Origin: Rhizophagus irregularis
Lineage: Eukaryota
Length of the DNA: 64,000 nucleotides
Reading direction: 5' to 3'
NCBI RefSeq assembly: GCF_026210795.1
Contig: NC_089431.1
Span: 3,162,001-3,226,000 of the forward strand
Positions 12,843-25,879 of this stretch are shown here, one piece after another; position 1 is the first letter of the stretch, and each line of letters opens with the position of its first letter. The position numbers were made by a program, and so were the translations under genes. The notes beneath the pieces were generated by a model. It was not told where the DNA came from. It made no database searches and saw only the letters and a list, made by a program, of their open reading frames with translations.

Positions 12843-15059
12843 GCTCGCATGCTAGTAGGAATATTAAGTATTGAATCTAGAAAATTGTTCATATAATGTG
12901 AATTCGGTTACACTAATTCGAGTTACACTAGATTTGATCAGTTGATCCAACAATTTCATGTGACCTTTATAAATATTTCATCTACAAAAATTTAATAAAT
13001 TAATAAATTGACTTTAAAGAGAGAGGATGATGTCATTATCATTAATCATTATGATAGTATTAAGAAAAGGATAATATATGGATTAAAATTATTATGCTTT
13101 GCTTCGCTCTAAACTTTTTTATTTACTAAATAATATTGACATTAATAAATGTTGTATGTTATATTATTATATACTGATAAATGTATAGATGATTAATTAT
13201 TATATAATAATAATAATATAAATTTTAAGAAAGTTTTCTGATCTGCTATTCTGAATATCATGATTCAAATTTCAAATATAGAATCACTTCTAACATTATT
13301 TCTTATATAAGTTAAATATTCTTTAGTTCTCTAAAATAAATTGATTTAATTTATTAAGTTATTATCAAATCAAGTCAAATCAAGTTAAATATGAATCATC
13401 AAATCTTACAAGCAAAAAAATAATTATTAGTAAATTTATATTAAAATTTATGTTTTTTAGTAAGTTATATAATATATTATTTAAGTTTTAAATTTTATTT
13501 TAAATGAATTTAAATTGATTTAATAAAAGCAATTAATAATTTTAAAAAAGTTTGGTGCATTTTTTTTGAAAACCACTGTAATATAACTGATATTAAAAAG
13601 TTCAATCTAATTAAAAATTGAATTTTTGCTTTTTAATACAATTGTACACTTATAAATTACAATTATATAACAAGGATATTATAAATAGCTTTAAGGTACT
13701 AAAATTTTAATATATTTTAATAATTAAGAAATTTTAACTAATATTCTGAAAAGGTCAGGTTAAACTTAGATTATTGATTCAATTCATATTTAAAAGTCAG
13801 ATTAGAATCATATAATTTAATAACCTATAACCTATATGAATTTAATCTAACCCATCAAGTCAAGTTATATCTTTACTTTAACCTAACAACTCAAATTTTT
13901 TTATTATATTTTTAATTAAAAATTTAAATTTTTTTTATATTAAATATAACTTAATAGATTGAACCTAAATTATTTGAATCAAACTATAATTAAGTTAAGT
14001 TAAATTCAGGTTATTATTTTTATATTTAAGTTGAGTTTGGATATATTTTAAAATCTAATCTAACTCATTTTTTTTGGAATACTAATTTTAATTTATAATA
14101 TTTGATTTTACAAGTACAATATTAAAATTGCTTCTTCAAAATTATATTAAAATTTTTAACTTTTAACAAATAACAGGAAATAATAAACTTTCAATTAATA
14201 TTAAAAAAGCTATTAAATATATGGTATTAATCTGAGATAAAGTTTTTTTAAAATTATATTTAACTGCTAAATAAAATGTGAATTTTGTTAAATAATACAA
14301 ATTTTTATAATAAAATTAAAGAAATAAGCATAAAAAATAGAAAAGAATAAATATAGAGAAAATTCAAGATTTAATTAATAAGTTTGAATATATACACTTT
14401 CTTATTACTAAAGAATATATTAGATTAAACTAAAAGAATAAAATTGCCAGTATACCCCTATCTAAAGAAGTTGCTATTTTTAAAGAAAATAATACTATGT
14501 TTGACAATGAAAGTGATAAAAATATTATTTTAGTAATAAATTTTAATGTCTTAATTTATTTAATAAATTTTTAACTATATAGAGCAAAATAATAGTCAAA
14601 ATATTTTTGATGAAATTTTTTTTCTAAAAACAATCAAATTTAAATTTATTTGTTATAAATAAAAGTAATAAACTCAAGTCAAATGACATTTATAATGATA
14701 ATATTATGAAAAAGATGATGATAATATTATTAATATTGAATTTTAATAAGTTTGATTTTTATAATCATAAAAATGATTAAAATTTTATTAAATATCAAAT
14801 TGATAAGAATAGTCTTTACAAATGATATATGATAATATTATAATACTTGTATTATACTTGATTAAATAATAGTCATTAAGTAGAGTTCTAAATGGGACAG
14901 AACAGGTTATAAGTTAATTGATAAACCTGACCTGAAATTTTTTTTCAGATCAGATTAGGTCAAGTTATTTCAGATTATTTATTTAACCTGACTTAAACTG
15001 TAATCAGGATTTTTATTAAAATATTAAAAAAAAAAGATGCAAAACATTATTTTTTAAAA

Positions 15060-15214
15060 GAGTAAATTTATTCATCGCACGTGCGATGCATCGCCACTTT
15101 CCTTTTTTGTAAATTATTTATGTTGATCAACCTGCTTATACATCGCCACTCCCCTTAAAATGGCAATGATAAACATAAAAATTTGCATCGCACGTGCGAT
15201 AAATAAATTATTTC
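15060..15214. mobile_element. Mutator-like MITE, copy 2
   Basis: Internal sequence homologous to 6971-7136; TIR core ATCGCACGTGCGATGCA; 9-bp TSD TTTTTAAAA (15051-15059, 15215-15223). Confidence 0.8.
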
Positions 15215-16421
15215 TTTTTAAAATATTGCAATTCACTTTTTATATTAAAATCATATAAAAAAATGAATCGCAATATTGCAACTAATTTTTTTTATATTGA
15301 TTTTATACAATAAAAGTAAATTATGATATTAAGATTTACTTTTCATATTAATTTTATATAATATTACTTTTTATATATAGAATCAATATAAAAAAGTGAA
15401 TTCCAATATTGCAACTCACTTTTATTATATAAAATTAATATAAAAAGTAAATCATAATACTACACTTTTGGTAGAACTCTTTCCGCTAAATGTTTGGACC
15501 ATATTTTTTGAAAAATTTTATTTTATTTTTTTTTTCTTTTTCGCTTATCATTTATACACTTTTTATTTGTTTTATATACTTCAAGCAAAGTTTTGACAGC
15601 AAGAAAACCCATAGTGGTTTATTTAGTATTAAAAAAAAAAAACTTTATTTTTTTTCATTTCTTTTTATCTTTTCATTTTCTTTTTATTTGTGATGTTCCT
15701 GGATTCAAGACCAAAGTTACCTGCCAAAATTAGGGAGTTTCAGCATGTCAAAATTGTCGAAATTTAAAAATATTACATTTCACGTAATAACTCAGTATCC
15801 AATGATCGTAGAAAGATGCATTATAACTCATTGGAATCGTCTTATAATGACAAGTCAAATGGTAGTTAGATCATCTTTTTACGATTACTAGATGTTGAGA
15901 TATTGAGCAAAATGTCAAAAATTGGCATTTAGTATTTTGTGATACTACGCCATTTGACGTTTCACTCAATAACTTGGCATCCAACGATTGTAGAAAAATG
16001 CACTATGCTTAGTTGTAATCGCTCATAACGACGATGAATGGTAATTAAATCAGTGTTGGGTTTTAGACTTGTCCAATTGGTTTTTTAAATTGGACAGTTT
16101 TGGACAGTCCAAAACTATCCAAAAGTTTTATGGGTTTTGGACTGTCTAAAACTGTCCAAAACTGTCTAAAACCTATATTTAATAAGACTAAGATTATCTT
16201 TTTTTTATAACTTCGTAATATTTTTTTCTTTATACTCTGCTTATAAGTTATAACCTTACTACATTTACACTTTAAAGTTTAAACTTAATAATATTTTAAC
16301 TTATGCCATGTGGAGTGCTGACTGTATACTGTTCTTTCTACATATGTAACAATTTTGAAAAAAACTAATTCAGGAGGCAAAGACCGTCAATGTATTTGTA
16401 ATTGTTGTGCTGAGGTTTTAA

Positions 16422-16858
16422 TAAGGTTGCTTGCTGAAATCAAGTAGTTTAGGCCAAGGCCGAAACTTTTTTAAAACCGAAAGTTTAGGCAATTAAAAGT
16501 AAATTTGCCGAAATTATACAATGCCGAAACTTTTACCGAAAGGCCAAAATTTGGCCGAAATTATTGGCCAACATTAATACTATAGTTCTGGCCGGAATAA
16601 TGATCGACGTGTAAATTTCCTTTTATGGAAATTTGTGTAACATTTGTGTGACACATTTCTCCGATTTTACTGGGAAACAAGATTTCCTTTTTTGGAAATT
16701 TGTGTAACGTCACGTGACACAATATCATAATTTCGGCCGAATTTTAATTTTGGCCAAAATTAAGACCGAGTTTCGGCCTAATTTCGGCATTTTCGGCATT
16801 TGATTTGATTGGCCGAAACCTTTCGGAATTTCCTTTTTAGTTTCGGCAGGCAACCTTA
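16422..16858. mobile_element. hAT-type MITE inserted in the BED-finger exon
   Basis: TIRs TAAGGTTGCTTGC / GCAGGCAACCTTA; perfect 8-bp TSD GGTTTTAA; GCCGAAA repeats. Confidence 0.9.
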
Positions 16859-18994
16859 GGTTTTAAAAGATGATGCCAAACCTATAGTATATAGAAAAGA
16901 GAGAATTAAAAAGCATTTAACAAATTGTGAATATTTTTGGAACAAATATAAAGAAGAAGCAAAGAAAATACTTGGAAATTGTGATATTGATGAAGAAATG
17001 CCACCATCTAAACATATACGTATTGATGGTAAGCATATGTATTTTTTTTTAAGATTTTTAAAAAATATGTTTATTAATTAATTATTTGATTGTATTTACA
17101 GATGATAGTGCATCTATTTCAAGTTTTCGTACAAATTTTACGTATTTATCATTTAATTTAAGTCACTGGTCATCTGAATCTTATTATCAATGATCAATCA
17201 TGCTGTATGTGATCTCAATAAATCCAAAACTCCTAAATTCCATGATCTTTTAATTAGAATGACAGTATCTAATAGCTGGTCGTTTCAATGGGTTAATAAT
17301 TCTTCAACATATGCTCTTTTTCATTGGTTAAATCTGAAGTTAAAGTTGTCAAATCGAAAGTAACTAGCTGGTCCAATATTAAATCAAGCTATTAAAAGTA
17401 TTGAACAATTACGCAAAGAAAAGTTAAACTAGATACATGAACAAGCTGGTATTACTCTTTCATTCGATGGTTGGAAAAATATTGTAAATCAAGAATTACT
17501 TGGAATTATGATTATATTACCTTCTGGTGAAACTTTGATATGGAAAGCAGTAGATATAAGTAATCAAAGAGGACGTGCAATTGATGTTATACCAAAAATA
17601 GAAGAAATATTAAAAGATTTAAAGGAACAATCAATTAAAGTAGCCGCATTTGTGAGTAATAGCGCTGCGGCATATGCTTCAGCATGGTAAAATGATTGTG
17701 TATTTATTATATATTAATTAATTTATTTATTTTTTTTAATTTATTTAATGAATTTTTATTTTATTTAGACAGCAGCTTCGTCTCAAATACCCTCAATATG
17801 TGTTTTTGCCATGCTTTGTACATCAATGCAATTTAGCTGTTGGAGAGATTTTTAAAGAATCTAGTATTTTGAAAAATGCATCTACTAATGCCATATATTT
17901 TATTGGAAAATTACGAAATATTCAACGAGAACTTTACTCAAAATATTATGCAATAATAACTAGCGATACAAAATAGAATTCTTATTATGAATGTTATTTA
18001 AGTTTAATTCGGATTAAACAGGCATTGAGGGTAAGTGAAATTTATTAATTTTAAATATTAAAAAATTAAATACTAATTTATTATTCTTTAATAGAATTTA
18101 GTTACTCGTTATGACTTATGAGCCTCCTGAAGAAACTTTATCAAGATCTACTGAATTATACCTTCCAACTGATATCTGCCAAATAATTATGGGTGATTTA
18201 TTTTAGTCCCGTATTTCACAACTTGCAATATTGATGAAACCTTACTGTGGAACACTTGATAAATTGCAAACAGATAAGGCTCGATTGCATGATGTTGCTT
18301 TATCTTTTAGATATTTTATTAAATTTTGGGAGTAAAATACAGATCGATTCTTGTCTAAAGGCATAATTTCATGTCTTGAAAAACGTTAGAATGACTGAAA
18401 ACAACCTATACTACTACTTTCTCTTGTACTTCATGTCTTCATCCCAAATATCATCTTGACAAATTTAATCCTGACTTAAAAACAATCAATTTTGTAATAA
18501 TAGGAACTTGGCTTGATTATTATTATAAAGCTTGGATATCTGAAAAGCCAACAAAACTACTTGTACAATTTGAATCTTATTGAGTTAAAAAACCACCTTT
18601 TAATAATGAAACATATGAGCAATTTAGTGATGATGTTTTGGCATATTGGTATCATTGTTCTACAATGTGCAAGGAATTAGGATTTATAGCAACAAAAATT
18701 TTCAGTATTTGTGTAAAGCTCAGGCTCTATAGAACGATTATTCGCATTTATGAGATTTTTGCATACTTCTTGAAGAAACAAATTAAAGGCAATATTATTT
18801 TATTTTTTATATATTATTGATATTTACTAATTATTTTTTTTTATTTATTTAGCATGAAAGAGTTGTAGCTATGGCTCAACTTCAAGCAGATATTCATCAA
18901 ACTGAAAATGAAAAAAAAAATAAACGTGAATCTGAAAAAATAAAGGTAAATATTGCGCCACCAATTATTGAATCAGGTGAACAAGAAACTGGTA

Positions 18995-20709
18995 TGGTCC
19001 GGTGCAAAAAGATTCGTACCTCACCAAAAAAGGAAAGGATTTACGCCAAGGAGAAATCCTGTATAACTAAACATATCGGTCTGAAATTCACACGTTTGTT
19101 AGAATATAACCATTCGAATCTGCTGCTTAAAAAATTTTTATTATACAATGCTTCCTTCTTTCTCAAAACGAAGTGGCGCACCACTAACAGACAATGAAAA
19201 ATTAATGATAATAAATACGCATAATTATCTCTCTAAGCGGTTAACTTTCCAGAAGAAAGCCATCCGAAGTCCACATTACGCAAGCGAGTTGCAGGCCTGG
19301 GTGTTGCAGAAAGTACAGTTAAGGCGTTGCGTGGCAGACTGGAATAAGCGCAATGACGGTACATTTACACCACATAAAACACTTGGACGGCCTAAATTTC
19401 AAACTGATGATGATGTTTCAGAACTTTTGCGTACAAAAATTTTGAATTCCAACAAAACTGCAGAGCAAGTTTCCACACCTGTTCTATGTCAGTTTCTTTC
19501 TGAAAATGGATATACATTTTCTAAGTGGAAGTTGCTTTGGGTACTTCATCATTTGGGCTATTATTATGGCCAAGGAGAGCGAAGAAATATTCTTCATGAG
19601 TCACCAAATAATGTTGCATTCCGTTGTCGCTATCTCAGGTTTCGTTTTGCCAATTTGGAAGGCCAAAATGATGTTCCACATCGTCCAGAAGTTTTCCTTG
19701 ATGAATCATATTGCCATTTACATCATATTTCACGCAATACATGGGTTCCTCATCAAGGGGTTGTCTTATCACCTGGGCATGGTCCACTGGTAGTAATTTT
19801 TGGAGCGATTATTGTATTCTGAAATGGGTCCAGTAACAAATTACATGGTGAACTGGTTCCAAACTCTGTTCATATTTGGGATCCAAGAATTAAACCACCA
19901 GGAAACCGGGGACGAAAAAGAAGCAATGCTGAAGAATGGAATGATGTTCCCAATGTTGTCAAAGATGCCAATATTGTTCCGAATCAGATGGATTACCATG
20001 GGAATTTTAATGCAGAAATTTTTGAAGATCTTTTTTCGACACTGTGTGAAACACTTCATGAAAAATACGGACCGGTAAATATCCACATGGATGGGGCAAG
20101 TTATCATAAACGTCGGGTTGAAAATATTCCAACTTCAAGCACAAAAAAACAAGAAATAGTGGAGTGGCTAACTGCTCACAATATTTCTTTTTCTAATGAA
20201 TTACGAAAACCTGAACTATTGGAACTGGTTCAGATGCATAAGGAAAAGATATCATTTACATGTGTTGAAATAGCAAAACAATATGGCCATGAAGTTTTTT
20301 ATACGCCACCATATTACTGCGAACTCCAGCCAATTGAAGGTGTTTAGGCAGTTGTAAAAGGTGAAGTTGCAAGGTCGGGACCGCATCCAAACTTATTATC
20401 AATTCGAAATACACTTCTGGACGCATTTAAAAATAAAATTAATTCAAAGGTTATACTCGGATTGTGGAGAAAAACGCTTAAAAATGCTAAGGCATATTTT
20501 GAGGCTGATGAAAATGCAAATTTAATTGGTGAAGAATCAGATGATTATAGTGACACCGATGATGATGTATGATTTAATGTAAACAATGATATTATAATAT
20601 TTCCGAATATGTACTGATAAGATTTACATAAAAAAAAATAAAGTTCACTTAATAAAAAAATTTTTTATTACCATTTTTTTTGGTGTACGAATCTTTTTGC
20701 ACCGGACCA
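18995..20709 (+). mobile_element. IS630/Tc1/mariner transposon, DD81E (Sailor-like); transposase disrupted
   Basis: 25-bp perfect TIR TGGTCCGGTGCAAAAAGATTCGTAC; TA TSD; catalytic motifs FLDES, HMDGASYH and ELQPIE; in-frame stops at 19820-19822 and 20345-20347. Confidence 0.9.
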
Positions 20710-23700
20710 TAATACAAAATAAAATAAAACTGAAAGAATACTTGAGGATTTACAAGAAACATCTAATTACGCTAACAATGAGCAGATTGGACTGAACGTC
20801 CGAATGAAGGATCCCGATATTAATGGAAGAAGAAAGAAGCGAGAATCTGAATGTTACAGAGGAATCATTAAATTGTAGTGATAATGATCTATTAAATTCA
20901 TATATCCACCCTGCTATTAATGCTGATGTAAAGTGGAACTTACAAGATCTTTTTATTAAAGAATTGGAAAAGCTAGAATTTATATCTATATCTTCAGAAT
21001 TTTAAAATTTAGTAACGCTAATATAAATTTGTAATTAATATTTATTTTATATAATGTTTACCAGAATTAGTTATAATTTTAGCTCGAATTAATTTAATAA
21101 TCACGTGATCTGTCCAAAACTTGTCCAATGAAAAAAGGTTTTAGTTTTAGACAGGTTTTGGACAGGGGTTTGAACAGATGTCTAAAATATCAAATTATCC
21201 AATTGCCCAACACTAGTTTTTTACGATCACTGGATACCAAGATAATATGCGAAACGTCAAATGGCGTAGTATTGCAAAATATAAAATGCTAATTTTTGAC
21301 GTTTTGCTCAATATCTCGGCATCTGGTGATCATAAAAAGATGATCTAACCACCATTTGACTCGTTGTTATGAGACTATTCCAACGAGTTATGGTGCATCT
21401 TTCTATGATCATTGGATACCAAATTATTAAGTGAAATGTAATATTTTTAGAGTTTGACAATTTTAACATATTGAAACTATTTCAGCATTTCAGCATTTTG
21501 ACAGGTTTTAGTTTCGACATTTCAACAATAGCCTATAGAGTTTCGGCAGGCAACTTTACTCAAGACGGTCTGGAGAAGTGTATCGCCCAGAATAAGCAAG
21601 CTTAGAATAACGACAAGATAAGAACACTTTTAAGCTACTTTTATTAAGTGGAATATGAAACTTTGAACATGGAAAAAGCAACCAACAAACTCCTTATTAA
21701 TGAAAATTTTGTGGAATTTTTATTAAACAATACTCTTTATATCAACGAGCTCTCATTTTTTGAAATACTTCGAACCATGGCTATCAAGATGATACTCTAC
21801 AATACAAGAAACACCTGTTTAGAGTTTACTTTTGGGATACTTTCGCCTAGTCACTTGGAATGCTTTTGAACGTGACCTTTAGCAAGCATATTTTACCGCC
21901 TTATCGTGAAAATAACATAGCCATCAACACTGATTAAGCAACAACAAAAATTACCAATCAAAACACCTTCTAAAGACTTCTGAATTAGATCATGTACTTT
22001 ATTTAACGCGTTTTTTACTACATTTCAAAATCTTTCAATGGCACAACAAACAATTACCAATTACGACATACCCTTCTCCTTTTATTCATATTCAAAATAG
22101 TTAACTAATTACAGCTTTCTCAACGATTTTAACAGTCTCATTTTCGGCTTAACGTTTACCTGATACTGTGAAACAAATTGTGGATTTATTTTTAAACAGA
22201 TACGCGTACGTAACCAGCCTACATCTTTAGTTGTTTCTTCGCTCCAAGTGTATACTTTTCGTCAAAATGACAAAATACTAATTAAATTTATTTTGATAGA
22301 TGTAATTAATTCATAGTAATTTTATAATAAATAGTGAATTGATCTGTTTGCCAAAATATGATGTAATTAATTAGCGAAGAAGTATACTTCAGGAAGAAGA
22401 GGGATCACAACAAACTTACCAGGTAGGCCAGGATTCTTGTGTTTTTCTAATTTTTTATATAGATTTTTATAATTTCTTACAGTTTAGTTTTTTGTTTTTC
22501 TTTATTATTTATATAATTTTTTGGATAGAGCTTTCAGTCAATGACTACAAATTGTTATGATATGGAAAAAGCTACTAGTGTTTGAATCTTTTAGCTGTGT
22601 GTCTAAACATCCTATAGTAGATATCTCAGCTTGTTACAATTTTTTAACCTCCTTCTGCAAATGGAATTTAACTCACTCTTGACTAGCATTATCCTATAAG
22701 CGTATGGACTCTTTTATCTATTGCAAGTTGGTCTTAAAATATGATCGTGCGTTAGTGGGATCTTATGATTTGAATAGATGGAATTGCCCAACACCAGAAC
22801 TAGTTAATTTATGGGAAAAGGGATGATCTGGATTGGCTATTTTCTATTATTTTATAAGAATCTCAAAAATTATTATTTTTTTCTTTTTTTTATTTTTATC
22901 TGTAATGTAGTGGGTCCCGTAATTGCCTTGTGAAAAAAGAGGGCATTTATGCTAAGATAGGACGTTTCAAATACTTCTTACCTTTTGAGTGAAGCGTATT
23001 ACTTGACAGTGCATACGTGAGGTGCTTCAGATATGACGAGTAATTTGGTAATTAATAATATTAGTTTAGATTTAAGGTTTTATTTACTTTTGTAATTACT
23101 TTAACATTTATTTTAATAAACTATCAAATGTATTGCGATAAAAAAAAAAAATAATAATAATACCACACTTTTATTATATAAAATTAATAGTTTAGGTTAA
23201 TAAGTTATTCAGGTTATATTGATGTTACAACCTGAACTGATGCTAAATTGCAATTGCTAAATCTGAACTGATAAATTCAGGTTAATTTGTCAAGTTACCT
23301 GAATTTGGTCACCTGTTTGGAACTCTATCATTGAGTAACAAAAATATAGAAAGTATTTTATAAGTTCATAAATTATAATAAATAATAAAGAATTGAATAT
23401 AATTAGTTTTATTTATTATTTTTTTATTGGTTTATATTTAATAATAATAGTGCAATAATGCATTTATTATGTAATTATATAATTTTTTTGATATAGTAAT
23501 AAAATTTTATTTTTATTTGTTATACACTATAATAAATTTTTTTGCTATAATAAATTTTGATTTTTAGCTTATAAAATTCATTATAGTAAGGTGAACTGTA
23601 TATATTATATAATATACTAATTTATAATTTGGAGGTAAAGAGTATTAAATTTCATTTAAGGTATTTAGGATGAAAATAAATTCAAATATATTTATATTTA

Positions 23701-24299
23701 AAATTAGTTTTATTGGTTATTGCAGTATTTCTAATAATTTAAGTTATTAAATATTGGTCTATAATAAATATTTTTATTTATTCATCCAATAACTATTTAT
23801 TATAAATTGCAATATTACTATTGTAAATATGAAATAACCCATTTTTATACATTTTTTAAAGAAAAATAAAATTTATTTATAAAAGAATAAAAAAAACAGA
23901 GAATAACTATATTTAACTAAGGACTATATAATTCCTAGTTTTCCCCCAGTTAATATTAGCAACACTCTCTAAAAAACAAAAAAATATATACTGTATAATG
24001 TTTTAACCTAAAGTCTATAAATTAGTACATTTTATAAATTATATATATATGTTTAACCAATAAAAATGGACCATATTTCAAGACCATATTTCAGTACAAA
24101 ATCTAGTAAAAAAAAGTTTCTTTTAAATATAAAAGAAAAAAGAATTAGAATTTGTTATCTGTCTTTTACTAAATTTTAGTTCACTTATCATTCCATTATT
24201 TTAATTTTTATAGGAATTATTATTATTTTATTATTTTCATTCATAAAAAATAGTAGTTTCTCCCTCAACCCATTTTTCTGCTTAGTCAATAATTAGTTT

Positions 24300-25178
24300 T
24301 TAAGAAATGCGACATTTATCACGATTATTAAAACTAAAAGGATTTTGTTCTAATTGAAGTACTTTTTTAGTTTGAACTTCAATTTTAGCCTCCATTTCAG
24401 CTAACCTCTGTTCGGATTTCCTCTTTTCCTCTTCATACCTTTTCCTTTCCGCCTCCGTTTTTATTTGTTCCTCTGCTTGGAATTTTTTTAAATCCTCTAA
24501 TTCTTTTTTTATTTGTTCTTTTTCCGTTAAATAACTACTAATTCTTTCATTTAATCTATCTAAACTAATTGGACGATAATTGCCACAATCATAGATTAAA
24601 TGTTTCAATAGTCTTTCTCTAGAAACTTCCCGAATTTCCTTATTAGTGGCGGCTGAGCGACCTTTTACTGGTGGATTATCAACATGAATTAACTTATTAC
24701 ATATTCTAATTAATTCGGCCAATTTCTCATTTTCTTGACTGATTTTTTCTTTATCCTCTTCACACCTTCTTTCATCCTCAAAATCAGTAAAGCGTGTTCT
24801 TACAATAGTGGTATAACTATAAATATCTTCGTTAAAAATAATCTGCTTTAATAGATTGTAAGTTTCTAATTCTTCTTCGGTAATCCTTCCTCCAATTACA
24901 AAAAAAATTTGATTTAATCCTTCTCTTACTTCGTAGCAGGCTTTGGCTACTCTGTTTAAGACATCTTTTGATTTTAGTTTGGTATCCCCAATTCCTACTG
25001 TATCAATTACTCGATATTTGATTCCTTGATACCCAAACGTTTCTAATTCTAATTCTTTTGTTTCGCTAACACTATCTTCAATTTCCCTAAATTTGTTTGT
25101 TCCACTAATTACATTAGCAAGAGCAGACTTGCCATTGCCAGTGCGGCCGATTAATAAAATATTTCTTACTCCTGACAT
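24300..25178 (-). CDS. AIG1/GIMAP-type GTPase, intronless, with coiled coil and C-terminal CaaX-like CRIS
   Basis: 292-aa ORF; NILLIGRTGNGKS, SET, VIDTVG, GRITEEE, IVRTRF; E/K-rich helical tail. Confidence 0.9.
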   Translation of the reverse strand: MSGVRNILLIGRTGNGKSALANVISGTNKFREIEDSVSETKELELETFGYQGIKYRVIDTVGIGDTKLKSKDVLNRVAKACYEVREGLNQIFFVIGGRITEEELETYNLLKQIIFNEDIYSYTTIVRTRFTDFEDERRCEEDKEKISQENEKLAELIRICNKLIHVDNPPVKGRSAATNKEIREVSRERLLKHLIYDCGNYRPISLDRLNERISSYLTEKEQIKKELEDLKKFQAEEQIKTEAERKRYEEEKRKSEQRLAEMEAKIEVQTKKVLQLEQNPFSFNNRDKCRIS

Positions 25179-25879
25179 AATGTTATATTTTAAAACTCGT
25201 TTAATAATATTTATTTTTTTTAAATAAATGGTAAAGGCAAGAAGAAAGCTGATATTTTTTAATTAGCAGATAAAGGATCCTATAAATACAAAAAAAAGAA
25301 ATTGTATTCGTAAGCATTTATTTCATCCGTTATCGGATTTTCATAGACTGATATTTTTGTCAAGAGTAACAATAATACATGATTATGCATTATTGAGCGG
25401 AGTAAAAAATACGGTGTAAATGAAAATTTTTATAGTAAAGCTTATACAAAAGTGGATTAAAAATAACATAAAAACGAAATCTACATAAAAGTTAAACAAA
25501 GCTGTTATAAATTAATGTTCGATCCAAAACTTCAAATCATTCGGTCCTGTGACCGATATAGAACATATAGTCCCACATAAAGTGTTACCATTTGATATAA
25601 ATAAGCCTTATATTTAAACTTTCTATAAATTTCCACTTTTATAAGCTTTATTTAGACTTTTCCTATAAAGATTTTCATTTGTACCATTCTTTTTTACTCC
25701 ACCTTATTATATCAATTATGCATAATCATATATTATTGTCATTTAACAAAAATATCGGTCTAGAATGAGCGATAATATATTTGTCGGCTGTAATGAGATG
25801 CTGAAACGATTCACGTGATTTTGTGATTTCCGCTATAGATGATATGCAAGATTTAGATTTATTGAAAGTGGAGACAATT

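Larger units (their letters stand above)
8707..13330 (+). repeat. Segmental duplication, degenerate copy of 24435-29415
   Basis: Colinear high identity with indels, from inside the AIG1 gene to the last codons of the RGS gene. Confidence 0.95.
16051..21215 (+). mobile_element. hAT-superfamily transposon carrying a pseudogenised intron-containing transposase
   Basis: TIRs CAGTGTTGGG / CCCAACACTA with TTGGAC subterminal repeats. BED-like finger (CICNCC...KKHLTNC), SFDGWKN, CFVHQCNL and a C-terminal dimerisation-like region; many stops and frameshifts. Confidence 0.85.
15712..21558. mobile_element. hAT-type MITE with internal inverted arms, split by the 16051-21215 insertion
   Basis: Ends CAAAGTTACCTGCC / GGCAGGCAACTTTA; 8-bp TSD TTCAAGAC (15704-15711) / CTCAAGAC (21559-21566); 15745-16050 is inverted relative to 21216-21480. 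Confidence 0.8.
15470..23156 (+). mobile_element. Non-LTR retroelement relic (about 1.8 kb once nested inserts are removed)
   Basis: Ends in a poly(A)/(TAA)n tail at about 23140-23156; 16-bp TSD ATAATACTACACTTTT (15454-15469) / ATAATACCACACTTTT (23157-23172); decayed coding-like body at 21570-22850. Confidence 0.65.
14881..23327. mobile_element. hAT-type non-autonomous element, outermost layer of the nest
   Basis: Ends TAGAGTTCTAAATGGG / CCTGTTTGGAACTCTA; 8-bp TSD TCATTAAG (14873-14880) / TCATTGAG (23328-23335); subterminal ACCTGA repeats. Confidence 0.7.
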
